This document shows positions 40,357 to 49,384 of a DNA stretch of 64,000 nucleotides, piece by piece. Source of the DNA: an uncultured Chlamydiae bacterium (GTDB lineage: Bacteria; Chlamydiota; Chlamydiia; Chlamydiales; Parachlamydiaceae); contig CAWHMU010000035.1 of the NCBI GenBank assembly GCA_963830365.1, positions 30,129 to 94,128 of the forward strand. The letters are read 5' to 3'. The first letter of the stretch is position 1. Every line of letters starts with the position of its first letter. Both the position numbers and the translations under genes were made by a program. Below the pieces are notes generated by a model, which was given only the letters and a program-made list of their open reading frames with translations, was not told where the DNA came from and ran no database searches.

Positions 40357-42162
40357 CAGGGCTTTTTCATTAAAAATACTTTACACTCTTCATGCCGCCC
40401 CTGCGGGTACAAGCTGCGCTTGATGCTCTAGGCCGGCAGTCGTCTACTCGAGCTGGTAAACCTCGCTCCCGCTGCTCACTTCCTTGATAAACTTGTTTAA
40501 CAGTTCAAGCACATAGTGATCATTCCACATTGCCTTGCGTTGTTTTGATGCCAAACCGCGTCCTTGCACTGTTTCCTGTTTTAAAATGCAATAGGCCATC
40601 CGTCTAAAGAGACCTAGATTCTCCGCTGCATGGCCAGTATTGGCCCGGGAGATATCATCACCGAATAACACATCTAAAACCCAATGAAGATTATTCTCAA
40701 TCCCCCAGTGTGAGCGAACAGTGCTGTTCGCCATCTTCGCAGTCATATCCTTGCTGGAAATGTAGTAGCGAAGTTCTTCTGTAGATTTACCCTTGATCGT
40801 CCTAGTGGATTTCACTTCTATCAGCATCTTAAGATCCCGCCAATCACTTCGACAATCCAGCCAATTGAGATTTTTGGTGATTGTCACCTCTCGCTTCTCT
40901 AGCCTGCCGTGTCCTTCATTGGTCGCTTCATACTTTTTACACTTAGCCCCCTTATAATCAGCTGCTCTGGCTTGATCAAAAAAATTCTGGGCCTCAGCAT
41001 GTAGAGTGTCTTGGTTTCCTTTTAAGGCAATCACATAATGCCCTCCGCGCTCCCTGATGTCATTTACAATGCCTTTTTGGCACCCCATCGCATCAATTGT
41101 GACCGTCGCATCCTTGACATCGATTACCTTTAGCAACTCTGGAATTGCCGTGATCTCATTGGATTTTTCCTCTGTTTTCACTTGACCAAGCAGAAGCCCA
41201 CTTCCAGACTCGTATCCGCTCACGTAATGAACAAGATCCTTTTTGGCACCTCTCAGAGTTTTCCCGTCGATAGAGATTTTTTTCTCAGTGCCGCCCAAGG
41301 TGTCAGCCACCAACTTAATCCATTTAATGAATGCCTGGTTCAAGATTTCAGGGTTTGTTCGCGTCAGGATCCACCAAAAGGCGGTATAGGAAGGGTGTCG
41401 TTCGAGATTAAGTAAAGGGCATAACATGGCAGCTTTTTCCTTTCCATACTCGTAAATACCACTGATGGACTTTGCGCCTGCAAGAATACCCGCCAGAATC
41501 GTTAGCAGAAGTCCATAGAATGGATATTGCAGATTATCTGCGACGCGCGGATCCTGAACGTCCGCAAAAGCATGTTTTACAGCATCCTCGTAAGAGTGAA
41601 TATCGACATTTTGATCGTGTTCGTCGTAGATGAATTTCTTTCTTACTGACATGTTTTCGCCCTCAAAATCCCCCGTAGCAATTTGAAGATCTCCAGTATC
41701 GGGATCCTGAGAATTCGCTGTCAACTTATTAGCTTCGACAAGTGAAGGACTGGAGTCACCTGAAGGATTAGGGGCTGTCTGAGAAATTGCCTTGCGCCGT
41801 TTTTTTGCGTCTTTCAGCGTCTGACGCCAGAATACGACTTCCTCATTAGTGAGTTTACCCAATTTAAGTACGATTTCTTTCCGGCATGAGCCGTTTGTCC
41901 AAATGGATCTAGCAAGGCTATAGGAGACATACTTCTTGCCCTTAGAGGTAAATGCACCCCAGTTTAGATGTAGATCTACCAGATTCATCGACATATTAGA
42001 CCATATATTTATTTAAAACACCTTGTAATATACGTGATAAATAAAGTCAATTGTTTTTTTATGTATTAGGCTAGATATATGAGAATAAAAATGGCGAAAT
42101 CGCCTTAGAGCTGGCTGTGAGTGGAATTTTTGGTGTTAAATTTCTTTAATGAAAAAGCCCTG
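40357..42162 (-). mobile_element. ISAs1-family insertion sequence, 1806 bp
   Basis: 18-bp terminal inverted repeats CAGGGCTTTTTCATTAAA; 10-bp target duplication GGGATATACA at 40347-40356 and 42163-42172. Confidence 0.95.
40444..41994 (-). CDS. ISAs1-family transposase with ~125-aa N-terminal extension
   Basis: DPR, ISIDGKTLRG, EKSNEITAIPELL, TIDAMGCQ, LKGNQ, HGRLEKR, RSHWGIENNLHWVLDV. Confidence 0.95.
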   Translation of the reverse strand: MSMNLVDLHLNWGAFTSKGKKYVSYSLARSIWTNGSCRKEIVLKLGKLTNEEVVFWRQTLKDAKKRRKAISQTAPNPSGDSSPSLVEANKLTANSQDPDTGDLQIATGDFEGENMSVRKKFIYDEHDQNVDIHSYEDAVKHAFADVQDPRVADNLQYPFYGLLLTILAGILAGAKSISGIYEYGKEKAAMLCPLLNLERHPSYTAFWWILTRTNPEILNQAFIKWIKLVADTLGGTEKKISIDGKTLRGAKKDLVHYVSGYESGSGLLLGQVKTEEKSNEITAIPELLKVIDVKDATVTIDAMGCQKGIVNDIRERGGHYVIALKGNQDTLHAEAQNFFDQARAADYKGAKCKKYEATNEGHGRLEKREVTITKNLNWLDCRSDWRDLKMLIEVKSTRTIKGKSTEELRYYISSKDMTAKMANSTVRSHWGIENNLHWVLDVLFGDDISRANTGHAAENLGLFRRMAYCILKQETVQGRGLASKQRKAMWNDHYVLELLNKFIKEVSSGSEVYQLE

Positions 42163-42486
42163 GGGATATACATAGCTGAACAGCCTCTTTTCCATATCTA
42201 TTCACAGGGCGACGTCACCGCTTTTGAAAATATTTACAAGGCTGAAGATGTGGTCTTGCATATCAATGAATCTGTCGAACAAACCTTTGCTTCCATGGTC
42301 TTGGCTGATGTGTTGGTGACGACAAGCAGTTCGTTGAGCTACGCCGCAGGTATTATCTCTGAAGGGACGGTATACTACATCCCCTTTTGGCACCCCCCTT
42401 TTCCAGGCTGGATTGTACTGAATCAATAAGGCAGTCGTAAGAGGATTTTAATGACTTCTCAAAATGCAATTTTCAGGAGGTAATAG

Positions 42487-43347
42487 GTGTTATTTCAAAT
42501 CGCGTTTTGTACCATGATGCTACTTACAGCCCATGCCAGTGCAGAAATCTCTAAACATGACGCTGCGGTTTCAGACCCTACCATAGCAGTAGTAAGAAAT
42601 TATTGGGACAAGCAGCCTTGCAACATCAAACACAGCAAATCGGAATTTGGCACCAAGGAATATTTCGATGAAGTTGAACAGCGGAAATATTTTGTAGAGC
42701 CCCATATCCCTGCCTTTGCCGAATTCCAAAAATGGAAGGGCAAGGAAGTGCTAGAAATCGGTTGCGGCATAGGCACTGATTCCATCAATTTTGCGCGCGC
42801 CGGAGCTAAGCTGACGGTGATAGAGCTTTCGGAAAAAAGCCTTGAAATCACAAAAAAGCGCTTCGCTGTCTATGGGCTGGAAGCCACTTTCATTGCGACC
42901 GACGCCGAACATCTGTCCGATGCTCTGCCGGATAAAAAATTTGATCTCGTCTACTCCTTCGGGGTCATCCACCACACTCCCCATCCCGAATTGGTCATTC
43001 AAGAAATTGAAAAGGTCATCAAACCGGGCGGTGAATTGAGGATCATGCTCTACTCCAAGTATTCAACAAAAAATGTGATGATTAATTTGGGGTTGGCCCA
43101 GCCCGAAGCCCAAAGTGGGTGTCCTATCGCTTTCACATACACCCAAGCGGATATTTTGAAACTATTGGCTAATTTCGAAGTTTATGCATGTCGTAAGGAC
43201 CATATCTTTCCCTATAGCATCAAAGAATATAAGGAATACAGCTATGTGAAAAAATTCCCATGGAATGCGATGCCGGAACCTCTTACCCACCTATTTGAAG
43301 AATGGCTGGGCTGGCATTACCTGGTTAAAGCCACATACAAAGGCTAG
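42487..43347 (+). CDS. Class I SAM-dependent methyltransferase with signal peptide
   Basis: GTG after [53 protein letters not shown]. Confidence 0.88.
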   Translation: MLFQIAFCTMMLLTAHASAEISKHDAAVSDPTIAVVRNYWDKQPCNIKHSKSEFGTKEYFDEVEQRKYFVEPHIPAFAEFQKWKGKEVLEIGCGIGTDSINFARAGAKLTVIELSEKSLEITKKRFAVYGLEATFIATDAEHLSDALPDKKFDLVYSFGVIHHTPHPELVIQEIEKVIKPGGELRIMLYSKYSTKNVMINLGLAQPEAQSGCPIAFTYTQADILKLLANFEVYACRKDHIFPYSIKEYKEYSYVKKFPWNAMPEPLTHLFEEWLGWHYLVKATYKG

Positions 43348-43356
43348 GCTAAGCCA

Positions 43357-44646
43357 TTACCCTTGCTCGGATTCAAAGCGCCTATGGTCAAGCTCATCAG
43401 TTGACAGATAGGCTTTATACATGCGCGTGATGTCGAGCATGGAGTCGACAGAATGCTTGTTATCGACATAGTCCATCAAGCTGGCAAGCATCTCTGCCCG
43501 TTCTTTTGGATTGGCTGGCAAATACTGATTGATTAAACCCACGAGTTGGGTAAGCAGGGGTTTGATATCCTCATGCACATCGGTGTTGCCTGCCAGCAGG
43601 CTGGACAATTCCTCACCAGCCATACCGCCGTAGGCCGCGCGATAGACCATATTCAAGGCCATGATGGTCAGCATCAGTCGGATCAGATTATCCTGCTTGG
43701 CGCGCTCACCATCGGCAGGCTGTGTGTCCAAGCTTGGATATTGAACTATTGTCAAGATACTTTTGGCATAATTCTTGGCAAAATCAAGGTCCTGCAGCGG
43801 TTTGCCGCCGCCGGCAGCGGCCTCTTCAACGGTATCGTTGGTGGCTTTATAGACAGCGCCACCATTCAGGAGGGCGGCGATCAAGGCGGCAGCGGCTTGA
43901 TAATCTCCCGGCAGACCGGAGCTTGGTCCGGCAGCAAACAGCGCATCGGCTACCGGGCTGACACTAATTTGAGAGCCTGCAGTAGGTCCATGCAAAATAT
44001 CGGCATTGACGATCAAGGCGCCAGCGATGAATGTCGAAGAAGGATAATCGAGAGGAGCGGCTGCCAAAGGATTGATGATGGCTCCGGCGGACTGATCGAG
44101 TGGAGCGATGATCCAGCGATCGAACGTCTTGCTAAATTTGTCAGTCAAGGCACTAACGCCATCGATTTCTTTGGCTTTCTGACTCACCGTCATGGTCATC
44201 AAAAAAGCATAATATTCGGCGGCCGATTTAGGACCGCCGCTGGCCTCGATTTTTTGAATCCAGTGGTGAATGTCGTCTTTGCGAGCCAGTTCGGCCATCT
44301 CTTCGACGCGTTTAATGAATGCATCCCACATGCTATTAATGATGTCATGCTTTGTCTCTTCGACGTGCCTGGCCAGAATGAAGGCGGCGTCTTTAGTAAT
44401 GATGTGATTAGCCGCCAAATTCTGAAAGCTTGTGGTCAGATTTTGTTCCGGAGACTGCAATAGCGGAAATTCGGCGGCAAGCATCATAGTTAAAGCTTCC
44501 AGCTCGCTTTGTTCTATGGATGATTTGTAAAAGATTTCCCGGCGGCGGTGCTGGGTTGAAGCTGAGTTATCCGGGATTATTTCAGGACCGCCCACTAACT
44601 GAGGATCCGGATTTTGCGTACCAAAACCACTGATATTGTCGTCCAT
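43357..44646 (-). CDS. Hypothetical protein (Ala-rich, helical; effector- or translocator-like)
   Basis: ~429-aa ORF, ATG after GGAGG; polar N-terminus and two hydrophobic stretches; no family recognised. Confidence 0.7.
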   Translation of the reverse strand: MDDNISGFGTQNPDPQLVGGPEIIPDNSASTQHRRREIFYKSSIEQSELEALTMMLAAEFPLLQSPEQNLTTSFQNLAANHIITKDAAFILARHVEETKHDIINSMWDAFIKRVEEMAELARKDDIHHWIQKIEASGGPKSAAEYYAFLMTMTVSQKAKEIDGVSALTDKFSKTFDRWIIAPLDQSAGAIINPLAAAPLDYPSSTFIAGALIVNADILHGPTAGSQISVSPVADALFAAGPSSGLPGDYQAAAALIAALLNGGAVYKATNDTVEEAAAGGGKPLQDLDFAKNYAKSILTIVQYPSLDTQPADGERAKQDNLIRLMLTIMALNMVYRAAYGGMAGEELSSLLAGNTDVHEDIKPLLTQLVGLINQYLPANPKERAEMLASLMDYVDNKHSVDSMLDITRMYKAYLSTDELDHRRFESEQG

Positions 44647-44817
44647 AACCTTTATCCTCCGTTGCTCATTTACAGCTTGGTGCATAAGTTTATGCGGGCA
44701 TATGACTGGATGGGAAAAGCAATACGCGCAGTCAACATATCCAGCTAGATAATACCCTATCCTTATTGTATCAAATATTTATTTAATTATACATAATTAT
44801 ATCCTTCGCTTAAGTCT

Positions 44818-44892
44818 GGTTCTTCCGTTTTTGCAGGACTTGCATAGAGAAAAGAGCAAGCAAAAATAGCAGGATATGACGATGGTCAGGAT
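44818..44892. repeat. ACAGGAT-type repeat arm; inverted copy of 61901-61975
   Basis: 75-bp stretch GGTTCTTCCG...GATGGTCAGGAT matches the reverse complement of 61901-61975 with a few substitutions. Confidence 0.85.
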
Positions 44893-45076
44893 CAAAATGG
44901 CGCCCAAAATCCATCAGCAGCTTGTGGCAACAGTTCATCATATGCTGCGCTGCCTTTCAAAGTTTTTTTTTAATCAAAAAACCCCGGGCGTTTCCTTACA
45001 TTATGAACCTCCTTTAATGCGTTGATTCTTGAAGAAAAAATGACTTTACCTTAGATTCCAACCAAACAAATCAAGG

Positions 45077-46291
45077 GTGCAGAATGTTCAATGCCAGCCG
45101 CAAAATTCTTATAAAAACGTTAGCTTTAGCACTTCTTGCCGGAATGCCGCAGCTCTGCCAGGGGAAGCTTCGAACCGACAGGCAGTCATTAACCAGCTTG
45201 ACAGCATCGCGTCTCCGACAAGCCAGGAAAGCGAACTGCTGACAGCGTTTGCCACCCTTTCCCCTCAGCAACAAAACGCGGCCTTGGATCAGATGGGCGC
45301 CCCACAATATACTAGCCAATTTTTCAGCGCCCAGATTGCCAACACTCAATTCTTAAGACGCCTTTATGATCCTTTGCGCCCCATCATCACCCAGCTGGAT
45401 TTCACCGACCAGACAGCCTGCGCAGAAAGTCCGCATGGCTACTACGATCCCACCTGCCCGCTGGAATATTGCGGCATCGACGTCTGGCTGGAAGGCGGCG
45501 GCAGCTACGGCTCCTTCCGTGGCCATGGCAAACCGGCAGGCTTCCGCATGCATGGCAACGAAATCATGGGCGGCGCCCAATACTCTTTCGAGAATGCTCT
45601 GACCATAGGGCTGGCCGGCGCCTATATCCGCGACTACCTAAAATACCCTGTGGGAGGTAAAACCACCAACCGCGCCGTGCTGGGCGCAGCTTACGCCCTT
45701 TACCGTCCTGACTGCTACTATCTATTGGCAGATGCCATCTTCGGCTACAGCAACAATGTGGTGGAGCGGCATGTCAGTATCGGCGCGTTGCACTTTACCG
45801 CGCACAGCCACCCCAATATCTGCGAAAGCACATTTTATGCTGAAATCGGCAGGGATTATTCCTGGAGGTGCCTGCTGATCCAGCCGTTTGCCGGTCTTGA
45901 ACTCGGCAATGCCAAATATAGCCGCCTCCAAGAGCATGGCGCAGGCGTCCTTGACCTGACCATCCATAAGCAAAACAGCTTCAATAGCAGCAGCCGCTTA
46001 GGCGTGCACCTCACCGCAGCAGAACTGCCATGGGATTTCGTATTGAGCCTCGATTTGGCCTGGCTATGCCGGATCTCCGACATCAAAAATAATATCAATG
46101 CGGAGTTCCAAGCTTTCGGCTCCCCCTTCAAAATCAAAGGCCTCGCTGCCACGCGCAATAGCCTCGAAGGTATCTTCAACCTCGCTGTCACCGTCGGCGA
46201 TAACTGGTCACTGTTTACCGAAGCTTCCGGCCAATGGTGGCAAGAAGGAACGGCCTACACTTTCCTCGGCGGCGCCGAAACCAGCTGGTAA
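45077..46291 (+). CDS. Autotransporter linker and beta-barrel without signal peptide or passenger (probably 5'-truncated)
   Basis: ALDQM linker, amphipathic beta-strands (IQPFAGL, SRLGVHL), terminal Trp; in-frame stop at 45041 leaves no room for a passenger. Confidence 0.75.
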   Translation: MQNVQCQPQNSYKNVSFSTSCRNAAALPGEASNRQAVINQLDSIASPTSQESELLTAFATLSPQQQNAALDQMGAPQYTSQFFSAQIANTQFLRRLYDPLRPIITQLDFTDQTACAESPHGYYDPTCPLEYCGIDVWLEGGGSYGSFRGHGKPAGFRMHGNEIMGGAQYSFENALTIGLAGAYIRDYLKYPVGGKTTNRAVLGAAYALYRPDCYYLLADAIFGYSNNVVERHVSIGALHFTAHSHPNICESTFYAEIGRDYSWRCLLIQPFAGLELGNAKYSRLQEHGAGVLDLTIHKQNSFNSSSRLGVHLTAAELPWDFVLSLDLAWLCRISDIKNNINAEFQAFGSPFKIKGLAATRNSLEGIFNLAVTVGDNWSLFTEASGQWWQEGTAYTFLGGAETSW

Positions 46292-46360
46292 TGCATAAAA
46301 AACTTCCAGAAAAGCAGGCCTTATGCATAATGGTTGTGTATAGCAACCAATAAGGATGAC

Positions 46361-46837
46361 ATGTCTTCTGAAATCACTATAGCGCAGATCGAAACCCTGC
46401 GGCATGACGCGCGGACCATGGTGCGCGAACTTGGCTTGCTGGCCGATGCTTATTTTGATATCGGCATCACGCTGGCCGAGCGGCATCTGCTGATTGAATT
46501 AGCGGCTTTGCATCAACCCGATATGGGTGACATCGCCAAAAGACTGCTGCTGGAAAAATCTACCGTCAGCCGTCTGGTGGCCAAAGCTGTGAAGAAAGGC
46601 TTTGCAGCCTATATGACAACTGAGAATGATCGGCGGAGACGCTGCCTGAAATTGACCGATAAAGGCCGCCAGACGCTAGCTGCCGTCGAGCCGATGGCGC
46701 GGCAGCAGGTAAAAAACGCCATGCTAATGCTCAGTGAGGAAGAGATGCAGATTGTCTGTCGGGGAATAGCTTTATTTGCGGCAGGACTCACTAAGGCAAG
46801 ACACACTACTGTCAGAACTGGCAAGGAGGCGTTATGA
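46361..46837 (+). CDS. MarR-family transcriptional regulator
   Basis: IAKRLLLEKSTVSRLV helix-turn-helix, DRRRRCLKLTDKG. Confidence 0.9.
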   Translation: MSSEITIAQIETLRHDARTMVRELGLLADAYFDIGITLAERHLLIELAALHQPDMGDIAKRLLLEKSTVSRLVAKAVKKGFAAYMTTENDRRRRCLKLTDKGRQTLAAVEPMARQQVKNAMLMLSEEEMQIVCRGIALFAAGLTKARHTTVRTGKEAL

Positions 46838-47358
46838 ATGACCTGCAAACAACTTATGCCAAGCTAAAAGAACGCGGCTTGGCGCTTGATCTCTATATTA
46901 AAGCAGACCACGACGAGCTTTATGAGATATTCAAAAGCGTCATTGAAGATGGCTCGAATTTCCTCCATGAAGACAGCTCCCCTATCGGATTTCAGAAATG
47001 TTTTTTTGCGCCCGAATCGCACATCTATGTCTGCCGGTCGAAAGAAGAAGTGGTAGGCGGCTTCTATCTAAAGCCGAACTTCCCCGGCCGCGGCCAACAT
47101 ATCGCCAATGCAGCCTACATGGTCAGGGATACCCACCGTGGTAATGGCATAGGGAGATTGCTGGTAGAAGCTTCGCTTGGATTCGCCAAAAAGCTCGGTT
47201 TCAAGGCCTTACAGTACAATATCGTTTTCAGTCGGAACCTGCCGGCTGTCATTCTGTACCAGAAACTCGGCTTCAGCACCATCGGCACGCTGCCGCAAGC
47301 CATTCGCAATCCCGATGGCACCTATCAGGATGGGTATATCATGTTTCGCCCCACCTAA
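46834..47358 (+). CDS. GNAT-family N-acetyltransferase
   Basis: PNFPGRGQHIANAAYMV, RGNGIG, LYQKLGF; ATGA overlap with the MarR gene. Confidence 0.9.
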   Translation: MNDLQTTYAKLKERGLALDLYIKADHDELYEIFKSVIEDGSNFLHEDSSPIGFQKCFFAPESHIYVCRSKEEVVGGFYLKPNFPGRGQHIANAAYMVRDTHRGNGIGRLLVEASLGFAKKLGFKALQYNIVFSRNLPAVILYQKLGFSTIGTLPQAIRNPDGTYQDGYIMFRPT

Positions 47359-47389
47359 AGTTTATCCAAAAGCCACTTGCAATTCTCGT

Positions 47390-47493
47390 TGCGTCTCTGC
47401 GTTGATGTTCCGGAATACATTATTGCAAGTAAAAATTGAATCATTGTACTTAGCCAACAACTAATGAATCCGCTTCAACGCAGAGACGCAGAG
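47390..47493. repeat. CGCAGAG-type palindrome with TGAATC-box loop
   Basis: 16-bp perfect stem TGCGTCTCTGCGTTGA / TCAACGCAGAGACGCA; the loop resembles the start of the 267-bp unit. Confidence 0.88.
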
Positions 47494-47526
47494 TAAACAA
47501 ACAGCATAGCAAGGGACAATGCGGGA

Positions 47527-48177
47527 TCACTTCTCCAAGCTCGCGGCCTCCAGGCGGTCGATATCCAGCTGGCAGATGAGCTTGAGGTTTTTATTGATCT
47601 TTTCGATATCCCAATCCCACCAGGCAATATTGAGCAGGCGTTTGATGGTGGGTTCATCGAAGCGCATCTTCACTACTTTGGCCGGATTGCCGGCTACAAT
47701 CGAATAGGCTGGCACGTCTTTGACCACCACCGCCCGGGTGGCGATGATGGCGCCATCGCCGATCTTAACCCCGCCCTTGACTAAAGAGTCATAGCCGAAC
47801 CAGACGTCATTGCCAACGACGATATCCCCCTTGACCGGCAAGTCAAAGACATTGAAAGCGCTCTCCCATCCTTGGTTAAATATCGGAAAAGGATAGGTGC
47901 TGATGGCGTCAAGCTTATGGTCGCCGGTCATAATAAAGCGCGTCTCGGCGGCTATGGCACAGAATTTGCCGATGATGAGCTTTACTTTGGCAAAGTCATA
48001 GTTGTACAAGACATTGAACTCTTCAAATTTTTCAGGTCCGTAGCGCCTATCATCAAAATAGGTGTAGTCGCCTACGATAATGTTGCTGGCTTTGACGAAA
48101 TTCTTCAAAAATACCAGCTTGTTGTCGCCGTTAAGCGGGTAGATGCCATTTGGATCAGGACCAAGTGTTATCGACAT
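47527..48177 (-). CDS. Vat/CatB-family hexapeptide-repeat O-acetyltransferase
   Basis: IIVGDYTYFDD, LIIGKFCAIA, STYPF, KGDIVVGNDVW, VAGNPAK, IAWWDW; ATG after GGAGG. Confidence 0.92.
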   Translation of the reverse strand: MSITLGPDPNGIYPLNGDNKLVFLKNFVKASNIIVGDYTYFDDRRYGPEKFEEFNVLYNYDFAKVKLIIGKFCAIAAETRFIMTGDHKLDAISTYPFPIFNQGWESAFNVFDLPVKGDIVVGNDVWFGYDSLVKGGVKIGDGAIIATRAVVVKDVPAYSIVAGNPAKVVKMRFDEPTIKRLLNIAWWDWDIEKINKNLKLICQLDIDRLEAASLEK

Positions 48178-48212
48178 AAATGCCTCCAATTTAAAATAGC
48201 TACGCAAAAAAG

Positions 48213-48356
48213 GGCCATGTTCACCTTCATAGGAAAACTTTCGGTCACGATGATACTATCTTCTCTCCGTGCTCTCTGTGCCTCTGTGTTTCAAAAAAAT
48301 CAAACACAGAGGCACAGAGAGCACGGAGCAAGAAATTGACCGGTTGGGTGAACAAC
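48213..48356 (+). repeat. 144-bp MITE-like palindromic element, copy 1
   Basis: 27-bp perfect internal stem CTCCGTGCTCTCTGTGCCTCTGTGTTT; outer TGTTCACC/GGTGAACA; near-identical inverted copy at 54616-54758. Confidence 0.92.
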
Positions 48357-48610
48357 GCCCAAAAAAGCCTAGTGTAAGTGTCGATTAAACGGATTGAAGC
48401 CGTTGATTTAAAAGGAGGCACGCCTCCTATACACGCTCGTAATTAGCGACTTACGCCATGTTTCTCTAAGAACATGCATTGACTTTAATATGTCCATTAT
48501 TTGCGAGCAACAACAATTAAAAACATCCTGCGAATTAAAATACATTTCACTTTAACAATTTGTATTTTATAATAATAACTAGACACAGACTTATAAATAT
48601 AAGGCTATGT

Positions 48611-49357
48611 ATGAAACTAGAAGATATTATTGAAAGCCTTAGCCTGCAAACCGCGCAATTAAGACAAGCTATGCTAAATAATACTGCGCAAAATGTGCTG
48701 CCACCGCCGCCGGAAAAAAGCTTCGATTCGATTGCAGTCATGCAAAATAAAGCTGTAAAGGAAGCCGAAACAGACTTAAATTTCCTGCTTGCCAGGCTAA
48801 ATGACGGCATAGAAGCCATCTTCGAAGTGCTGAAAGAAAATCCCTCAGCGCACGAAAAAATCATCGCCTGGTTCACCAGCCACAGCCAGTCCATGCTGAA
48901 TTTCATGCAGGCAGAGGCGGAATTTTCACCCCATGAAACACTTGGCCATAAACTCAACTTCCCTGATGAACTTCTAGCCCACATGCACTATGCCGCCCTT
49001 GAGCTCTCCAAGCAGCAGAAATATGCAAAAGCCGCAGCCGCCATGTTGGTGTGTATCGTACTTGAGCCAAAGGTCTTTATGTTCTGGTTTGACTATGGCA
49101 CCATCCTGCAATTGAGCCATGCCGATGCTGAAGCCCTCTACGCCTTTCAAGCCGCCTTGATCTACAAAGAAGAAAACCCTTCCGTCTATGCCCATATGGC
49201 AAAATCATGGGCGGACCTGGATGTGCCTGATGAAGCCAAAGCCTGCCTGCAAACAGCTTTGCACCTCTGTGAAGGCAAGACGGGGTATGACGAATTTAGA
49301 GGCTACTGTTACGCCTTATACGCACACTGCAATGAAAATATGCGTAAAATATGTTAA
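48611..49357 (+). CDS. TPR protein, SycD/LcrH-like type III secretion chaperone
   Basis: TPR pattern (YAKAAAAMLVCIVLEPKVFMFWFDYG...EALYAFQAAL...NPSVYAHMAKSW); 27 nt upstream of a large effector-like gene. Confidence 0.65.
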   Translation: MKLEDIIESLSLQTAQLRQAMLNNTAQNVLPPPPEKSFDSIAVMQNKAVKEAETDLNFLLARLNDGIEAIFEVLKENPSAHEKIIAWFTSHSQSMLNFMQAEAEFSPHETLGHKLNFPDELLAHMHYAALELSKQQKYAKAAAAMLVCIVLEPKVFMFWFDYGTILQLSHADAEALYAFQAALIYKEENPSVYAHMAKSWADLDVPDEAKACLQTALHLCEGKTGYDEFRGYCYALYAHCNENMRKIC

Positions 49358-49384
49358 CACCCAATTATTGGTGAGGAATTCCAT

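Larger units (their letters stand above)
39765..42429 (+). pseudogene. Exported glycosyltransferase-like gene (GT11 fucosyltransferase-like motifs) interrupted by ISAs1
   Basis: 39765-40356 joined to 42173-42429 gives an intact 282-aa frame (...LRGIYIAEQPLF...) with DGFGAQFQ, AVHIRR and ADVLVTTSSSLSY. Confidence 0.85.

Noticed and set aside
43546..44463. 305-aa plus-strand ORF
   Set aside because: Antisense shadow of 43357-44646 with atypical composition.
47390..48356. Integron cassette with attC sites
   Set aside because: No integron integrase, and I could not identify the RYYYAAC/GTTRRRY box architecture.
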